From positions 16,988,001 through 17,052,000 of the forward strand of contig JBHGNT010000003.1 of assembly GCA_043228905.1 (NCBI GenBank): a stretch of 64,000 nucleotides of DNA, read 5' to 3'. This document shows positions 21,360-33,240 of this stretch, piece by piece; position 1 is the stretch's first letter; each line of letters opens with the position of its first letter. The stretch comes from Azolla caroliniana (taxonomy: Eukaryota > Plantae > Polypodiophyta). Position numbers and translations under genes: made by a program. Below the pieces are notes generated by a model. That model saw only the letters and a list, made by a program, of their open reading frames with translations. It did no database searches and was not told the origin of the DNA.

Positions 21360-21661
21360 CCAAAAAGCGAAGAGAGCCAAAAAAAAGAGAAGAGAGCCAA
21401 AAAAAAGCAAGAGTGGAGAGAGGAAGAAAAAGCGAAATTGTTTTTATTGTTGCGCTCTCTATCAGTAACGGAATCAAGCATAAAGACATGCGTTGGAAAG
21501 CCCTCGATTAGAGCTTCGTAACGAGATATAGCAAGTTAAATTTGGTGGTCTGTGCGAGAAGCAACGATTAAAATAAGGAATCTTGTGTTGTTGGCATCCA
21601 CATACTCAACACACATTGCGGGTCTTCGATTGTATTCATCATCTTCAACCTCTTCAATCGG

Positions 21662-23023
21662 GTGAGTTCCGGTTGTCTTTCTTGTTCATGGAAAATTGTT
21701 TTTATCCTTATCACTATCACATCAAGAATAATGGATATAAACATGAATTCCTCTCAAATTGTGGGGGACATCGATATGGAAACAATTGATCCAAAAAAGA
21801 GTAATGTGATGGTTGAATGTAATCGTGAAAGGGAAGACATTGGAAGCTCTAAGAGGTTTAAGGGTATTGAGAAAATTAATGAGAAAAAAGCGACATATGC
21901 CGAAGTAATACATGTAGATGAGGTTGACAAGGATAATTGTAATTGGGATACTTTATGGGGAATTGCCAATACCTTATTGTTTGATATTGTGGAAGAAAAT
22001 GAAAATGCAGCGAAAGAATGCAATGATGAGGATGTGCATGATGTGGATGTTGATGCTAAGGTAGTGTTGCAATCTTTTGATGTATTCTATGATCGTGCAG
22101 TTATATTATTATTTACTGGGAAACTCCCATACATTAATTGGATTAAACAATGGTTAAACACAATCGTGTCACAAAATTGTGTTGAAAATATATATGCAGG
22201 ACCACGAGGGTTTTATGATGTAGTGTTTCGTTCACCGGAACATCGAAGTGCACTGTTGGCTAAAGTTCCAGTGTTTTTTGATAAACGATTGGTGCATGTA
22301 ATGCAATGGTCCCCTGTTGTGGACTATCATGCTTTGTTGAAACAAGAATGTCCTATTTGGGTAACAGTGGATTGTAAGCATGCTTTTTTATGGCCACTTT
22401 TACCAGAATTGATGAGTCTAATGGGTAAAGTGTTGGTATCTTCACATGCAAATGCTACAAATAAGTGCAGATTTTGTGTGTTATGGGATACAAGTCGTAA
22501 GAGGCCAGGATGGGTGCGTATGAACACACCTGGAATGAAAAGACTTTGTCTTAAATTGAAGTGGGAGACATTTGCAGGTCACTATTTTGGATGTGGTGAA
22601 TGGGGTCACTTTATGGCGGAATGCCATCGTCATTGTCCTTCAACTATAGAGGTTCCTAATGAAGGGAATGGTAAGGAAGGAGTTGAGAGAGATGTTGGTG
22701 TGTCAGATATGGTGGTTGTTATGGATGAAGGAACATCATCTAGAGCAGGTTATAAAGAGGTTTCACTTCAAGGTTTGGGCCCTAAGAATAAGGGAACTCA
22801 ATCTATGGATACGGAAAAACAAAATTTGGTGGTTATAGATAAGGGGAAAAAACTGTTGGATAGAACTAGTAATGATGTTGTTGTTGAAAAGGATTGGCAT
22901 CGAGTTCAAGGCAAGTCGAAGAGCAAATCAATGAATATGCAACATAATAGTTTGCCCACTACTTGTGAGACTACTTGGAAAAGTAATTCGGGAACTAGGG
23001 AGGGTCCTCGAAAAGTTCCTTGA
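21662..23023 (+). CDS. L1 ORF1 (DUF4283-like RRM plus degenerate CX2CX4HX4C)
   Basis: GFYDVVF...PVFFDKRLVHVMQWSP...PIWVTV...YFGCGEWGHFMAEC. Start codon uncertain. Confidence 0.8.
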   Translation: MSSGCLSCSWKIVFILITITSRIMDINMNSSQIVGDIDMETIDPKKSNVMVECNREREDIGSSKRFKGIEKINEKKATYAEVIHVDEVDKDNCNWDTLWGIANTLLFDIVEENENAAKECNDEDVHDVDVDAKVVLQSFDVFYDRAVILLFTGKLPYINWIKQWLNTIVSQNCVENIYAGPRGFYDVVFRSPEHRSALLAKVPVFFDKRLVHVMQWSPVVDYHALLKQECPIWVTVDCKHAFLWPLLPELMSLMGKVLVSSHANATNKCRFCVLWDTSRKRPGWVRMNTPGMKRLCLKLKWETFAGHYFGCGEWGHFMAECHRHCPSTIEVPNEGNGKEGVERDVGVSDMVVVMDEGTSSRAGYKEVSLQGLGPKNKGTQSMDTEKQNLVVIDKGKKLLDRTSNDVVVEKDWHRVQGKSKSKSMNMQHNSLPTTCETTWKSNSGTREGPRKVP

Positions 23024-23243
23024 CAAAGACAATTTAGGGATAAGGGATTACCCCTTCACCTTCAATTTGATTCACTGGGACTGGTTGTAAATTCATCGAA
23101 TTCTCGAGGTTTTCGTCAAGCGGGAGAACCTAAACACAAGAGTTCGATAGAAAACTATAAGGATGTGGTGCATGAAAATCCATATGCAGCATTGGAACAT
23201 GCTTTGACTAGTTTCATGACATCGGTTGTTCTAAAGGAGCAAG

Positions 23244-26200
23244 TGTTGGAGACAAGGCCGTGTCGATGCGGAAGATCAAGAAGCATTCGATTAGGGTTTA
23301 GTACCTGCGTATGACAGTTTCTAAGATCGTGCACAGAGAGAGAGAGAGAGAGAGAGACACACAAAAGACTTTCTATTCAATAGAAACAATAATACAACCA
23401 ACCTTACAAAAAGGTTACAAGGTCACTATATATAGTGACCGACTTAGGGCAACTACCATTTATGCTAATTACACAAATGGCCCAAACTTGATCTATACAA
23501 AGGGATAGTGTGAATACGTCCATTATACACTTGTATTCGACACTCCCCCGTAATGGGCGTATACATGGGTTATCTAAGATTACAGGTATAAACTTAGGTT
23601 CTCGGACATATCAGTTTTGTTCGAGTCGGCAGGGTCCGAAGGCAGAAGACCGAACTGGTCGGGTCGGAAGAGTTGAAGCCGATCATTAAGGAACTGATGT
23701 CAGTTGTCTGAAACCATCCTGCGCTGTGTCCGGCTCTAACCGGACTGGTTTGTCGTTACACCCATCTGATGCCGAAGGGACCGAAAGCGGTCTGCCGAAA
23801 GACACTTGGTCATTCCATCTGCGACATTGTCGGTTGTGGATATTTTCTCCAGACCGATTTTCCCTGAAATGACGCAGTCCCGAACGAAGTGATATCGAAC
23901 GTCGATATGTTTGGAGGCGTTGTGGTGAACCGGATTTCTCGACAAGGCAACAGCACCTTGATTGTCGCTATAGACAACTGGAGCCGAGTCATGGTCGACT
24001 TGTCGAAACGTGTGCGCCAGCCGGCCGAGCCACAAAGCTTCTTTTGCAGCGTCGGACGCAGCTACATATTCTGCTTCGGTTGTTGAGGTCGCTGTGCACT
24101 CCTGAAGTTTCGACTTCCACGAAATTGCTCCATTGCCGAATTTGAAGCAGTATTCGGTTGTTGATTTCCGACTGTCTATACAGCCGGCGAAGTCCGAGTC
24201 GGTGTAACCGACTACGCCTGAGGTTGAGTTCGGACCGAAAAGAATGCCGTGATCTTTTGTGCCAGCCAGATATTTGAACACATGCTTGACTGCGTTCCAA
24301 TGCGATCGGCCAGGATTGTGCATAAATCTGCTAACGACTCCTACGGCATGAGAGATATCAGGCCGTGTCGCGACCATCAGGTACATAAGGGAGCCGACTG
24401 CCGGTGCATACGGTACCGACTTCATATCTCCCCCCTCCGGACCGGATGTCGGGCAGTCTCGTTGAGAGAACCGAAGATTCATGGGGAGCGGGGTTGAAGC
24501 AGATTTGGCTGATTGCATGTTGAAGCGTTCCAAGACACGTCCGATATAGTCGGTCTGAGACAAAAAAAGATGTCGTTTATCGCGATGCCGACTAATCTTC
24601 ATGCCGAGTATGTGTCGTGCCGGACCGAGGTCCTTCATGGCAAACTTCAACCGCAGTTGCCGAATGAGATCGGCAAGTTCGCCCGCGTGGCGTCCAGAAA
24701 TTAGCATGTCGTCCACGTAGATGATGAGGAAGATGGGTGATCCATCTTGAGCTGTGTTGGTAAAAAGACAATGGTCCTCATCGCTTTTTGAGAAGCCGAT
24801 CGATTGGATGAAGTCGTCGAACTTCTTGTACCATTGTCGCGGTGCCTGTTTGAGGCCGTATAGACTCTTCCTGAGTCGGCAGACTAGATGTTCTTGGCCA
24901 GTTTCCACGAAGCCTTTTGGCTGTTCCATATAAATTTCCTCTTCAAGATCACCATGGAGGAAGGCTGTTTTGACATCTAGCTGAATCAGCTCCAAGTTGT
25001 CGGCTGCCACTACGCCGAGTAGAAAACGAAGGGTTGTCATTTTCACCACTGGTGAAAAAATCTCGTCGAAGTCGACGCCATATTCTTGTCGGAAGCCCTT
25101 CGCAACTAATCTGGCCTTGTACTTTGGGGTGGTCGAATCAGACGTCTCTTTTAGGCGATAAACCCACTTGCAAGGAAGAGCACGTCGATTCTTAGGTAGT
25201 TCGACAAGATCCCAAGTCTTGTTTGCCCGAATGGAGTGCATTTCCGACTCCATCGCCAGATGCCAGGTGGCTGAATCGACAGATGTCGATGCTTCTTCGT
25301 AAGACGTCGGTTCGCCGGCGTCGGTGAAGAAAATTCCAGGAGAATACCTCTCCGGAGGTTGCGACAGTCTCTCGGATCGTCGAGGTATGATTGGACTGGT
25401 CGCATCGGGTATCGAGGTCGGATGGTTCGAAAGCGAATCATTCGGCTGTGCCGAGTCAGAGTTGTCCGAGTCGGTAGTGTAAGGTTCAGCTACCCGTGAA
25501 GCTGACCGTGTGTTAAGAGCGGGGCCTTCTTGAAGGGTCGGCACATCGGAAAATGTTACCCTTCGGACTTCGATCGGTTTTTCGACTGATGGATTCATAG
25601 CCGACTCGTTGAACACAACGTCCGAACTTCGAACGATTTGTCTGCGTTCGGGGTCCCAGAGTCGGTATCCCATTTCGCCGTCTGATCCATATCCAAGGAA
25701 AATGCATTTCCTGGACCGAGATGCAAGTTTTCGGCGATCATCTTTCGGAATAAGGGCGTATGCCTCGCATCCGAAGATCCTCAGCTTGTCGTAATTCGGC
25801 TTACTGCCGATCCATAGTTCCTGAGGAATTTGAAGTCCTAGAGGTCTGCTTGGCGACATATTGATTATGTGTACTGCCGTGAGTAGAGCCTCTGCCCAGA
25901 AGCCATCCGACAGTCTGGAGTGTTGGAGCATGGAAACTATCCGTTCTTGGATTGTCCGATTCATGCGTTCTGCAATCCCGTTTTGCTCCGGACTGTGTGG
26001 TGCCGTAAATTCACGTCGGATGCCGCGTTGTCGGCAGAATTTGACGAATTCTTCTGATTTGAACTCTCCCCCATTGTCGGTCTGAAGGCATTTCAGTTTT
26101 CGGTCAGTTTGATTTTCTACCATAGCGAGCCAATCGGAGAAGATCGAGAAGACACGATCTTTGGTGCGAATTGGATAAGCCCACACCTTTCGAGTCGAAT

Positions 26201-28761
26201 CGTCAATAAAACTGACGAAGTAAGAGGCACCGCCGAGAGACTGATGCGGCATTGGGCCACAGACGTCCGAGTGGACTAAATCGAGAGGTCTCGTTTCTCT
26301 TGGTGCTGATGTCGGGTGTGATGCGGCTGCTTGTTTGCCATACTGGCAATGTTCGCAGAATTGATGGTCCGAGAAGGAGAGTTTAGGGATGTATCCGGCT
26401 CTAGATAGGTGCGTAATGCCGGCCTTGCTGAGGTGTCCTAATCTTCTGTGCCATAGTGATGACACAGGAATATCCACCAAAAACAGGTTACCCTCTCTGA
26501 GCGTAACATGTAACGGATACAGTGAGTGTATCTTGGGTCCTCTAGCAAGCAGGAGGTTCCCCCTGTGGAGTGTCCACCCTCCCGAAGAAAAACCGGCACG
26601 AATGCCGTCTTCATCTAGTTGTCCGACTGAGATCAATGGCCTTGAGAGCTCGGGTACATGTCGGACATTGTGAAGTACAAGTGTAGAGCCACCTGCAAGG
26701 TTGAGCTCTACTGTGCCGATTCCAATGATGTCACAGTGTTGCGAGTTGCCGACTCGAACTGAGTCGGAGTGACGGATCGTATATTGCCGAAATTGGGATC
26801 GATGAGGAGTCACGTGAAATGACGCGCCCGAATCTAAGAGCCATGTGCTCGATTCTTCAGTCGTGAGCAGAACTTCTGATCCGACTGGATTTTCGATTGA
26901 TAGTATATTCGGGTCGTTTGGTAGCACATCAGCTGAGAAGCTGACGTAATTGATCTCCTCATGCCGGCCACTCTTCTTGTCTGATTTCTGAGACTTGTCG
27001 TTCTTGTTCTTGAGTGCGCGGCAGTCGGCTTTGATGTGTCCGGGTTTCTTGCAATAGTTGCAGATTCGATTGTCCCGTGACTGGCTCCGTCTTCGTTGAT
27101 TGTTCGGCTGCCGTGAGGAATCTCTTCCTCGTATGTTCGATCGGTCTGTCGAACCTTGTACTACATAAGCGTCGTCTGTTGAGTCTTTGGCGAAAGACTT
27201 CCTCCGAGCTGCTTCGGTCAGGATTGCGCTCGTGACTTCGGAGTATTTAACAGCTGTGGTTGACGCGTTGCACACGGTTGTGACGAAAGTTTCCCATGAT
27301 GAGGGAAGGCTACTCATGAGTATCATTGCTCTGAGTTCATCCTCGATTGCCGTCCCCTGAGATGAGATTTGGGAGCTTATGCTTTCGTACTCATTGAGAT
27401 GTGCTTGAACCGAATCTGATTCTTTCATCCGCAAGTTGTAGAGGCGCCGGATCAGAAACATCTTCGTTGCGGCGACCTTCTTTTCGTAGGTGTCTGACAG
27501 TGTTTTCCACAGTTCGAATGCTGTCGTACACGATTGCACCGTAAAGTATACCGATTCCGATTGGTGCATCCGAATCGTGGCGCGGACGATTCTGTCCAGC
27601 TTCTGCCACTCAATTGGTTTGTATCCTTCTGGAGGTTCTTCATTTTCGATGGGATCGATTTGCCCCTTGACTATGAGATAGTCCTGCATTTGCTCCTTCC
27701 AGAAGTTGAAGTTCGATCCATCGAACTTTCGTAGACTCATTTCTGACGAGCCGGATGTTGATGCCATCAAATTTGGTTTCGGTTGACGAAGCTCGGTTCG
27801 GAGTTGACTACGAACCTTGTTGGAGTGCAGCCGGTTGGCTCACCCGATATCGTTCTAGTCGGATTTGAACCCGAGTCGGTTCGGCTTCGGATATATGTAT
27901 TGTTGAACTTGCTCGAATTGACTCCGGTAACTTGAGGGACAGAACCGACTGGTCTTCCCGAATGTTGCCGAGTCGGAGTGAGCCCGGTTCGCTTCCGAAT
28001 ATATATGCCAAATACCGATTATTGAAACCGATTGTCTGGACCGATTCTGCTTCGGGTGACTGCAGGGACGAGAGAGACGGATCCAACTGATCCTCCTGAA
28101 TGTCGATCAGTCGGATGAAGCACGAATTGGGGTTGTTGTCTTGAAACCGATCTGCACCGAGTGGTTACAATGAGCGGCGAGCAGCGTTTGATGACCTCTT
28201 CGGATGCCGTTTAACCGAGTGGAGCACGATCGTGTCAATGTTGCATAAGGGGATTTCACCTCGAGCGGTTACGATCACAAGGAACAGAGTACAACCTGCT
28301 GGCTTACTCCAAGCGAAGGTGACCTAACGCGATGAGATGCAAGCCTCGTTTTTCTTCTTCTTCTCTCTTCTTCGAATGACGCAAGAAACCGAATGCTGTG
28401 CAGGCTGAGACGACGGCCGACAGCGGGATGAGGGACCGAATACTGTGCAGGCTCTGATACCAGATGTTGGAGACAAGGCCGTGTCGATGCGGAAGATCAA
28501 GAAGCATTCGATTAGGGTTTAGTACCTGCGTATGACAGTTTCTAAGATTGTGCACAGAGAGAGAGAGAGAGAGAGACACACAAAAGACTTTCTATTCAAT
28601 AGAAACAATAATACAACCAACCTTACAAAAAGGTTACAAGGTCACTATATATAGTGACCGACTTAGGGCAACTACCATTTATGCTAATTACACAAATGGC
28701 CCAAACTTGATCTATACAAAGGGATAGTGTGAATACGTCCATTATACACTTGTATTCGACA
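23244..28761 (-). mobile_element. Full-length Ty1/Copia LTR retrotransposon (Copia-2)
   Basis: LTRs 23244-23542 and 28465-28761 (one substitution plus one GA unit difference). TSD GCAAG (23239-23243/28762-28766). tRNA-iMet PBS 28451-28462. PPT next to 23543. Confidence 0.97.
23736..27770 (-). CDS. Copia-2 intact gag-pol polyprotein (1344 aa)
   Basis: CNYCKKPGHIKADC, WLLDSGASFH, TDNGGEF, IIYVDDML, YTDSD, HIDVRYHFVRD in one uninterrupted frame. Confidence 0.96.
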   Translation of the reverse strand: MMASTSGSSEMSLRKFDGSNFNFWKEQMQDYLIVKGQIDPIENEEPPEGYKPIEWQKLDRIVRATIRMHQSESVYFTVQSCTTAFELWKTLSDTYEKKVAATKMFLIRRLYNLRMKESDSVQAHLNEYESISSQISSQGTAIEDELRAMILMSSLPSSWETFVTTVCNASTTAVKYSEVTSAILTEAARRKSFAKDSTDDAYVVQGSTDRSNIRGRDSSRQPNNQRRRSQSRDNRICNYCKKPGHIKADCRALKNKNDKSQKSDKKSGRHEEINYVSFSADVLPNDPNILSIENPVGSEVLLTTEESSTWLLDSGASFHVTPHRSQFRQYTIRHSDSVRVGNSQHCDIIGIGTVELNLAGGSTLVLHNVRHVPELSRPLISVGQLDEDGIRAGFSSGGWTLHRGNLLLARGPKIHSLYPLHVTLREGNLFLVDIPVSSLWHRRLGHLSKAGITHLSRAGYIPKLSFSDHQFCEHCQYGKQAAASHPTSAPRETRPLDLVHSDVCGPMPHQSLGGASYFVSFIDDSTRKVWAYPIRTKDRVFSIFSDWLAMVENQTDRKLKCLQTDNGGEFKSEEFVKFCRQRGIRREFTAPHSPEQNGIAERMNRTIQERIVSMLQHSRLSDGFWAEALLTAVHIINMSPSRPLGLQIPQELWIGSKPNYDKLRIFGCEAYALIPKDDRRKLASRSRKCIFLGYGSDGEMGYRLWDPERRQIVRSSDVVFNESAMNPSVEKPIEVRRVTFSDVPTLQEGPALNTRSASRVAEPYTTDSDNSDSAQPNDSLSNHPTSIPDATSPIIPRRSERLSQPPERYSPGIFFTDAGEPTSYEEASTSVDSATWHLAMESEMHSIRANKTWDLVELPKNRRALPCKWVYRLKETSDSTTPKYKARLVAKGFRQEYGVDFDEIFSPVVKMTTLRFLLGVVAADNLELIQLDVKTAFLHGDLEEEIYMEQPKGFVETGQEHLVCRLRKSLYGLKQAPRQWYKKFDDFIQSIGFSKSDEDHCLFTNTAQDGSPIFLIIYVDDMLISGRHAGELADLIRQLRLKFAMKDLGPARHILGMKISRHRDKRHLFLSQTDYIGRVLERFNMQSAKSASTPLPMNLRFSQRDCPTSGPEGGDMKSVPYAPAVGSLMYLMVATRPDISHAVGVVSRFMHNPGRSHWNAVKHVFKYLAGTKDHGILFGPNSTSGVVGYTDSDFAGCIDSRKSTTEYCFKFGNGAISWKSKLQECTATSTTEAEYVAASDAAKEALWLGRLAHTFRQVDHDSAPVVYSDNQGAVALSRNPVHHNASKHIDVRYHFVRDCVISGKIGLEKISTTDNVADGMTKCLSADRFRSLRHQMGVTTNQSG

Positions 28762-28790
28762 GCAAGTGCACCCATAACATTGTTGACTGA

Positions 28791-31700
28791 ATGAAAGTGG
28801 TAACATGGAATGTGAGAGGGGCATGTTCTCCTCATAAGAAATATATATTATGGAAAACTTTATTAAGTAAAGAATGAGATATATTATGTGCAGTTGAGCA
28901 TAAGTGTTATGAGTTAGCAGGATCCACAGTTCATTTGCGTGGATATTCATCATTCTATGCAGGACATCTTAATAATCATTATTCCAATGTGGTATTAATC
29001 CTGCGGGATAAGTATTTTCCTCAAGTGGTGCATAATGATCCTTATGGTCAGTTTTTGGTTCTAGAAATCACTTTTTTTGGTGAGGTTGTGTGGGTGGTTG
29101 GGATTATGGGGCTCACTCTGTCAAACCCTATGTGTGGGCCGTCTAGGATTACTTATGGGTGATTTTAACATGTGTGTTGACGCATCTCAATCTACATCTG
29201 AACATTCAATCATGGATGATCCTAAGCAACTTCCTTGGGATTCATTGGCTATGGAGGTTTTGAAGTTGGATTTTTGGACATGGCTGCATGGGAATGATCT
29301 AGGTTTTACTTTCCAATCCACGCAACATAAACAAACATGGAGTTGGTTAGATAGAATGTATGTGATGCACAATGATTCTTTTTTACCGACATCACTTCGT
29401 ATGGCAGTTTTACAAGATGTAGGAACTTCAGATCACTTTCCTATTTGTTTGGAGATTTGTGGTCATGCAATTGACATGTATAAATCCTTACTTGGAAAGC
29501 CTCCATTACACTTTAACTCTTCTCTTTTGCTTCAACCTCACTTTGATTCTCTCATGGAGCAAATTTTGGTAAATTTTTCACAAGAAGTGAATATTAAAGG
29601 ACTTAAAGCATGGGATATCACATTACAAAATATTAAGATCGTTCATCGTATGTATGGAGTAATTAATGCTCAATGAAGAAGAGGTCTTCTTCTAAAATTC
29701 TCACAAGTTCTCTCTAGGTGTAATGCATTATTGATACGTGCACCTTTAGATGAGCTTTTGGATATCCAAAGTCAATTGCATGTTATTATTTCTCAGTTGC
29801 AATGCCAAAGTTATCGTTATGCGAAGATGCGACAATTGAGGGATGGGCTCATAGATAATCAATGTCAATCCCATTTGTTTTTCCAAGTGTTACATCCTAC
29901 TTATACTCAATCTAATGTGGTATATGTGTTCATTACTCTAAGGAGTTGATTGGCCCACAATTGTTAATGACAAATGAGGTGAGTAGAGCACGTCATGAGT
30001 TTTATGATGTGGTTGGATGTATTGTGCATGACCTCATTAGTCATGAATTGGATGCGGATTTCACTGAGGAGGAGGTGGACACAGTTTTAAGGCATCTTCC
30101 TAGTGGTAAGAGCCTTGGTTGGGATGACTTGACAAATGAAGTTTTTAAGTGATATTCACACATTTTAAAGGGGCCCTTAACTTTGATGTTTCAACATTCT
30201 TGGGATTCTGGTCATATGCCTCAAGCTTGGAAGGTTGGTCTAATTAAATTAATTCCAATGGTGGCATCTCTAGAGTCATTTCATCAATGGAGACCTATTT
30301 CTTTGATTGGGGGGTTGTATAAGATATTTACAAAGGTCTTGGCAAATAGATTACAAAAGTATTTGCCAAAGTTGATACATCCCGCCCAATATGGTTTTAT
30401 TGCAAGTAGGAATATATTACATAATGTGTTGAATGTTCAAATGGCCATGGATTATGCTCGAAACACTCATCAAGAATTAATTATGGTGCAATTAGATTTG
30501 GAGAAAGCTTATGATCATGTTAATTGGTCCTTTGTTTCTGGGTTAATACATACAATGGGCTTTGGACCTCGTATGTCTCGCCTCATATTTTTATTAGGAC
30601 AAGATGTGGTGTCTCGAGTCATGCTTAATGGAGGAGTTACATCAGATATTGCCCTTACAAGATCCGTTCGTCAAGGATGCCCTATTAACCCGTTGTTGTT
30701 TTCTATTGTTACTCATCCCTTGTTAGTGATGCTATCAAGGCTTGCAACAAATGGTGATATTGTGGGTCTACACCTTCCATCTAGAGGGCAACTAGTTGCA
30801 CAAGCTTTGGCTAATGATTCTTTCATGTTTCTACAAGCCTCATGAGAGAAACTTGAGAAGGGGATGCTTGTATGGAACCAATTTGCATTGGCTTCCAGAT
30901 TACATATTAATTGGAGGAAGTCTAGTCTCATATCATGTACTAAAAGGGATTTGGAATGTTTAGGATGGCAAGGATCCGTGGTGAAGAAAGACTCTATTTT
31001 TTGACACTTGGGCTATCCATTAGGAATGAATGTTACAAATGGTAAATTGATTGAATGGATGTCTAGTAAGTTGAGGGATAAGTTCATGTATTGGAAATCA
31101 CAATCTTGGTCATTTCATGTACGTTTGAAGGTTGTACAATGTATTATGGAACCTATGATATTATATTACGTGCCATTGCTGTCGTGGAGAAAGAAGGCTT
31201 TGCATTCTATTTTGCAACCTCTTCGATATTTGTTGTGGAATAAAAGGGATAAGATGGGAATCACTTGGGTTGCATGGAATCATCTAGCAACTCCTAAGCG
31301 CTTGGGGGGAGCTGGAGTATTGAACTTATCTAAGCATATGATGGCTCATCGATTTTCATTATTACAAGACATGTGTTCAAAATCACAACCATGGATATCT
31401 ATTGTTCAATATTTCATTGAGAACAAGGGTTTAACACATGGGAGGACAACAATTAAGGCTTCATGGTGGCAATTACTAAATGGATGTATTTCACTTAGGA
31501 TTCCGGGCTCTACATGTGTTCAACACTTGGTTACCTCATGGCAAGAAGCACTCTTGTTATGTGCATGGAAACCATCATTTAGTAGAGAACATTGTAATTC
31601 TTTGCAAAAAGAGTTATTTGTGTCTTCTCAGTTATTATGTTGGCCAGGAAAGGAGAGATTACGCTCTCAATTTAATCGTTTGTTTCATTTGGGGGTCAAA

Positions 31701-32100
31701 GAGGTGGGAGATATAGTTGAGGCTCCATCTCAAAGAATTTTGGAGTTTGTTGAAGCACGACAATTATTACGCATTCCACCTAATTATGGGTTTATTTGGC
31801 AACAACTACAAAATATTCCATTGATGCAAGGTTCCTTACCTCTACAAACAGGAGAACAACCATCGATTGATTGGTGTTTAAAGGGTCAAACATTGTTGTT
31901 ACAAGTGACTACTAATCTTTTGTATCATTGCTTTGTTGAGTCTCTTGGATGGTTATCATCTAAGGTTGAAGAAGAATGGAGATTACACAAATATGATTAT
32001 GGGTGGTGGCAAATCTTACAACGTAGTTGGCATTCTAAATTGCCACTTGTAGCAAAGGTCTTAATTTGGAGAATTTTGATTGGAGGACTGCCTTTGGGTC
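28791..32100 (+). pseudogene. L1 ORF2 (endonuclease-RT) with multiple frameshifts and stops
   Basis: Starts ATG AAA GTG GTA ACA TGG AAT GTG AGA GGG. Fragments 29077..29676, 30183..30845 and 31008..32114. Confidence 0.88.
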
Positions 32101-33240
32101 GTATCTCGGCATAAGTTGGGCACTTGCATGTGAAGTGATACTCATCCTCTATCTCTATGTGTCACAACCTACATAGCCTTTCCTCCCTAGGGACTCAATT
32201 AGCTCGACCATTCTCAATCTCAAGTTGGTGAGATGATATCCTAAGTTGTCCAATGGCAACCCTTAGTGCATTTGATAAGAATGTATCCAAATATCTTGGT
32301 TGTGTAATAAAACCTAATTGAGAGAAGCACAAGAAGTGTTCCTTATAGTACAACATTTTAGATGGGAGTGGCTCTTGTGGGGTGATCCATTTATATCGAG
32401 TGTAAATTTGCCATATTTCTTGGCGTATCACTTTATTACGGTCTTCATGAGATATTAGAGTTTGGTCAGTCCCATGGTTGTACTTAAGGGGGGGTAGGTT
32501 ATTAATGTCTATGCTGTTTGCAAGTAACTAACTCACCACGATGTTATACCAAGACCTAGTGTCTCCAGACGCATGTAGGGATCGAGATGCCTCAAAGGCT
32601 CTCCGGGATATATCCTATCTTGTGGTTGGCTATGCATCTGATGAAAAAAAACTACCACTTGAAACAGTGCTTCTACTAACATTGGGGGCAGATTGAACTC
32701 TGCTCTAATAACGTCATGTGGTACTGTCGATTTGCTTCGGAGTTGACGTGATAACAAAATCATAGATCTCGTCAATGTAGATCCCAAAGAGAGTCGGTGA
32801 TAGGGAGCAACCCTGTTTTACACCAATGGTGCTAGTGAAACAATCAGATAGGCCACCTGGGCATCTTACGCACCCAGAGACTTGCTCATATAGGGCATAA
32901 ATAGCCTAGATCATGTCATGTGGTATCTCCAAGCTCTTAAGTCTATCAAACAACTTCTCCCTAGGAACTGTGTCAAAGGCTTTGCGGAAGTCCACAAAGC
33001 AACAATATAGTTTCTTCTTACGAGCCTTCGTCTGGTCAATTAAGCACCTAAGTGTGAAGATATGGTCAATTGTGGAGAAGGCTCGTCTAAAGCCAACCTG
33101 CTTAGGTGCTCGAAGACTTAATGTTTCCATGTAATCGTTAAGCTCCGCTTCCATTACCGCACCATATAGTTTAGTGAGCGTATGGCCTATCACAATCGTC
33201 CTATATGTATTTGGGTCCATTGGGCCCCCTCCTTGTTTTG
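32100..33240 (-). mobile_element. RTEX-like LINE ORF2 fragment with internal deletion
   Basis: DPNTYRTI, GFRRAFSTIDHIFTL, CFVDFRKAFDTVPR, then QLRISSHQLEIENGR. The RT core between them is missing. Confidence 0.8.

Larger units (their letters stand above)
5718..21520 (-). mobile_element. RTEX-like non-LTR retrotransposon (5' UTR, ORF1, APE endonuclease of ORF2), split by a Copia at 7401-20460 and cut by a Gypsy at 5717
   Basis: ORF1 halves join across the TGACA TSD (...QARRLNVCV|TGLKEG...IYLDEDLT). ORF2 has APE motifs. The 5' boundary near 21520 is approximate and the clade assignment is inferred from motifs. Confidence 0.75.
21540..32100 (+). mobile_element. L1-clade LINE (ORF1 plus decayed ORF2), interrupted by Copia-2 and lacking its 3' end
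   Basis: ORF1 is DUF4283-like with a zinc knuckle. ORF2 fragments KVVTWNVRG, MGDFN, LDRMY, SDHFPI, WRPISL, QYGFI, LDLEKAYDHVNW, VRQGCP, LGYPLG, KRLGGAG. Boundaries approximate. Confidence 0.85.

Noticed and set aside
21022-21511. ORFs with (CM)n, (HI)n, (CV)n, (YV)n runs
   Set aside because: Translations of the (CATACA)n microsatellite.
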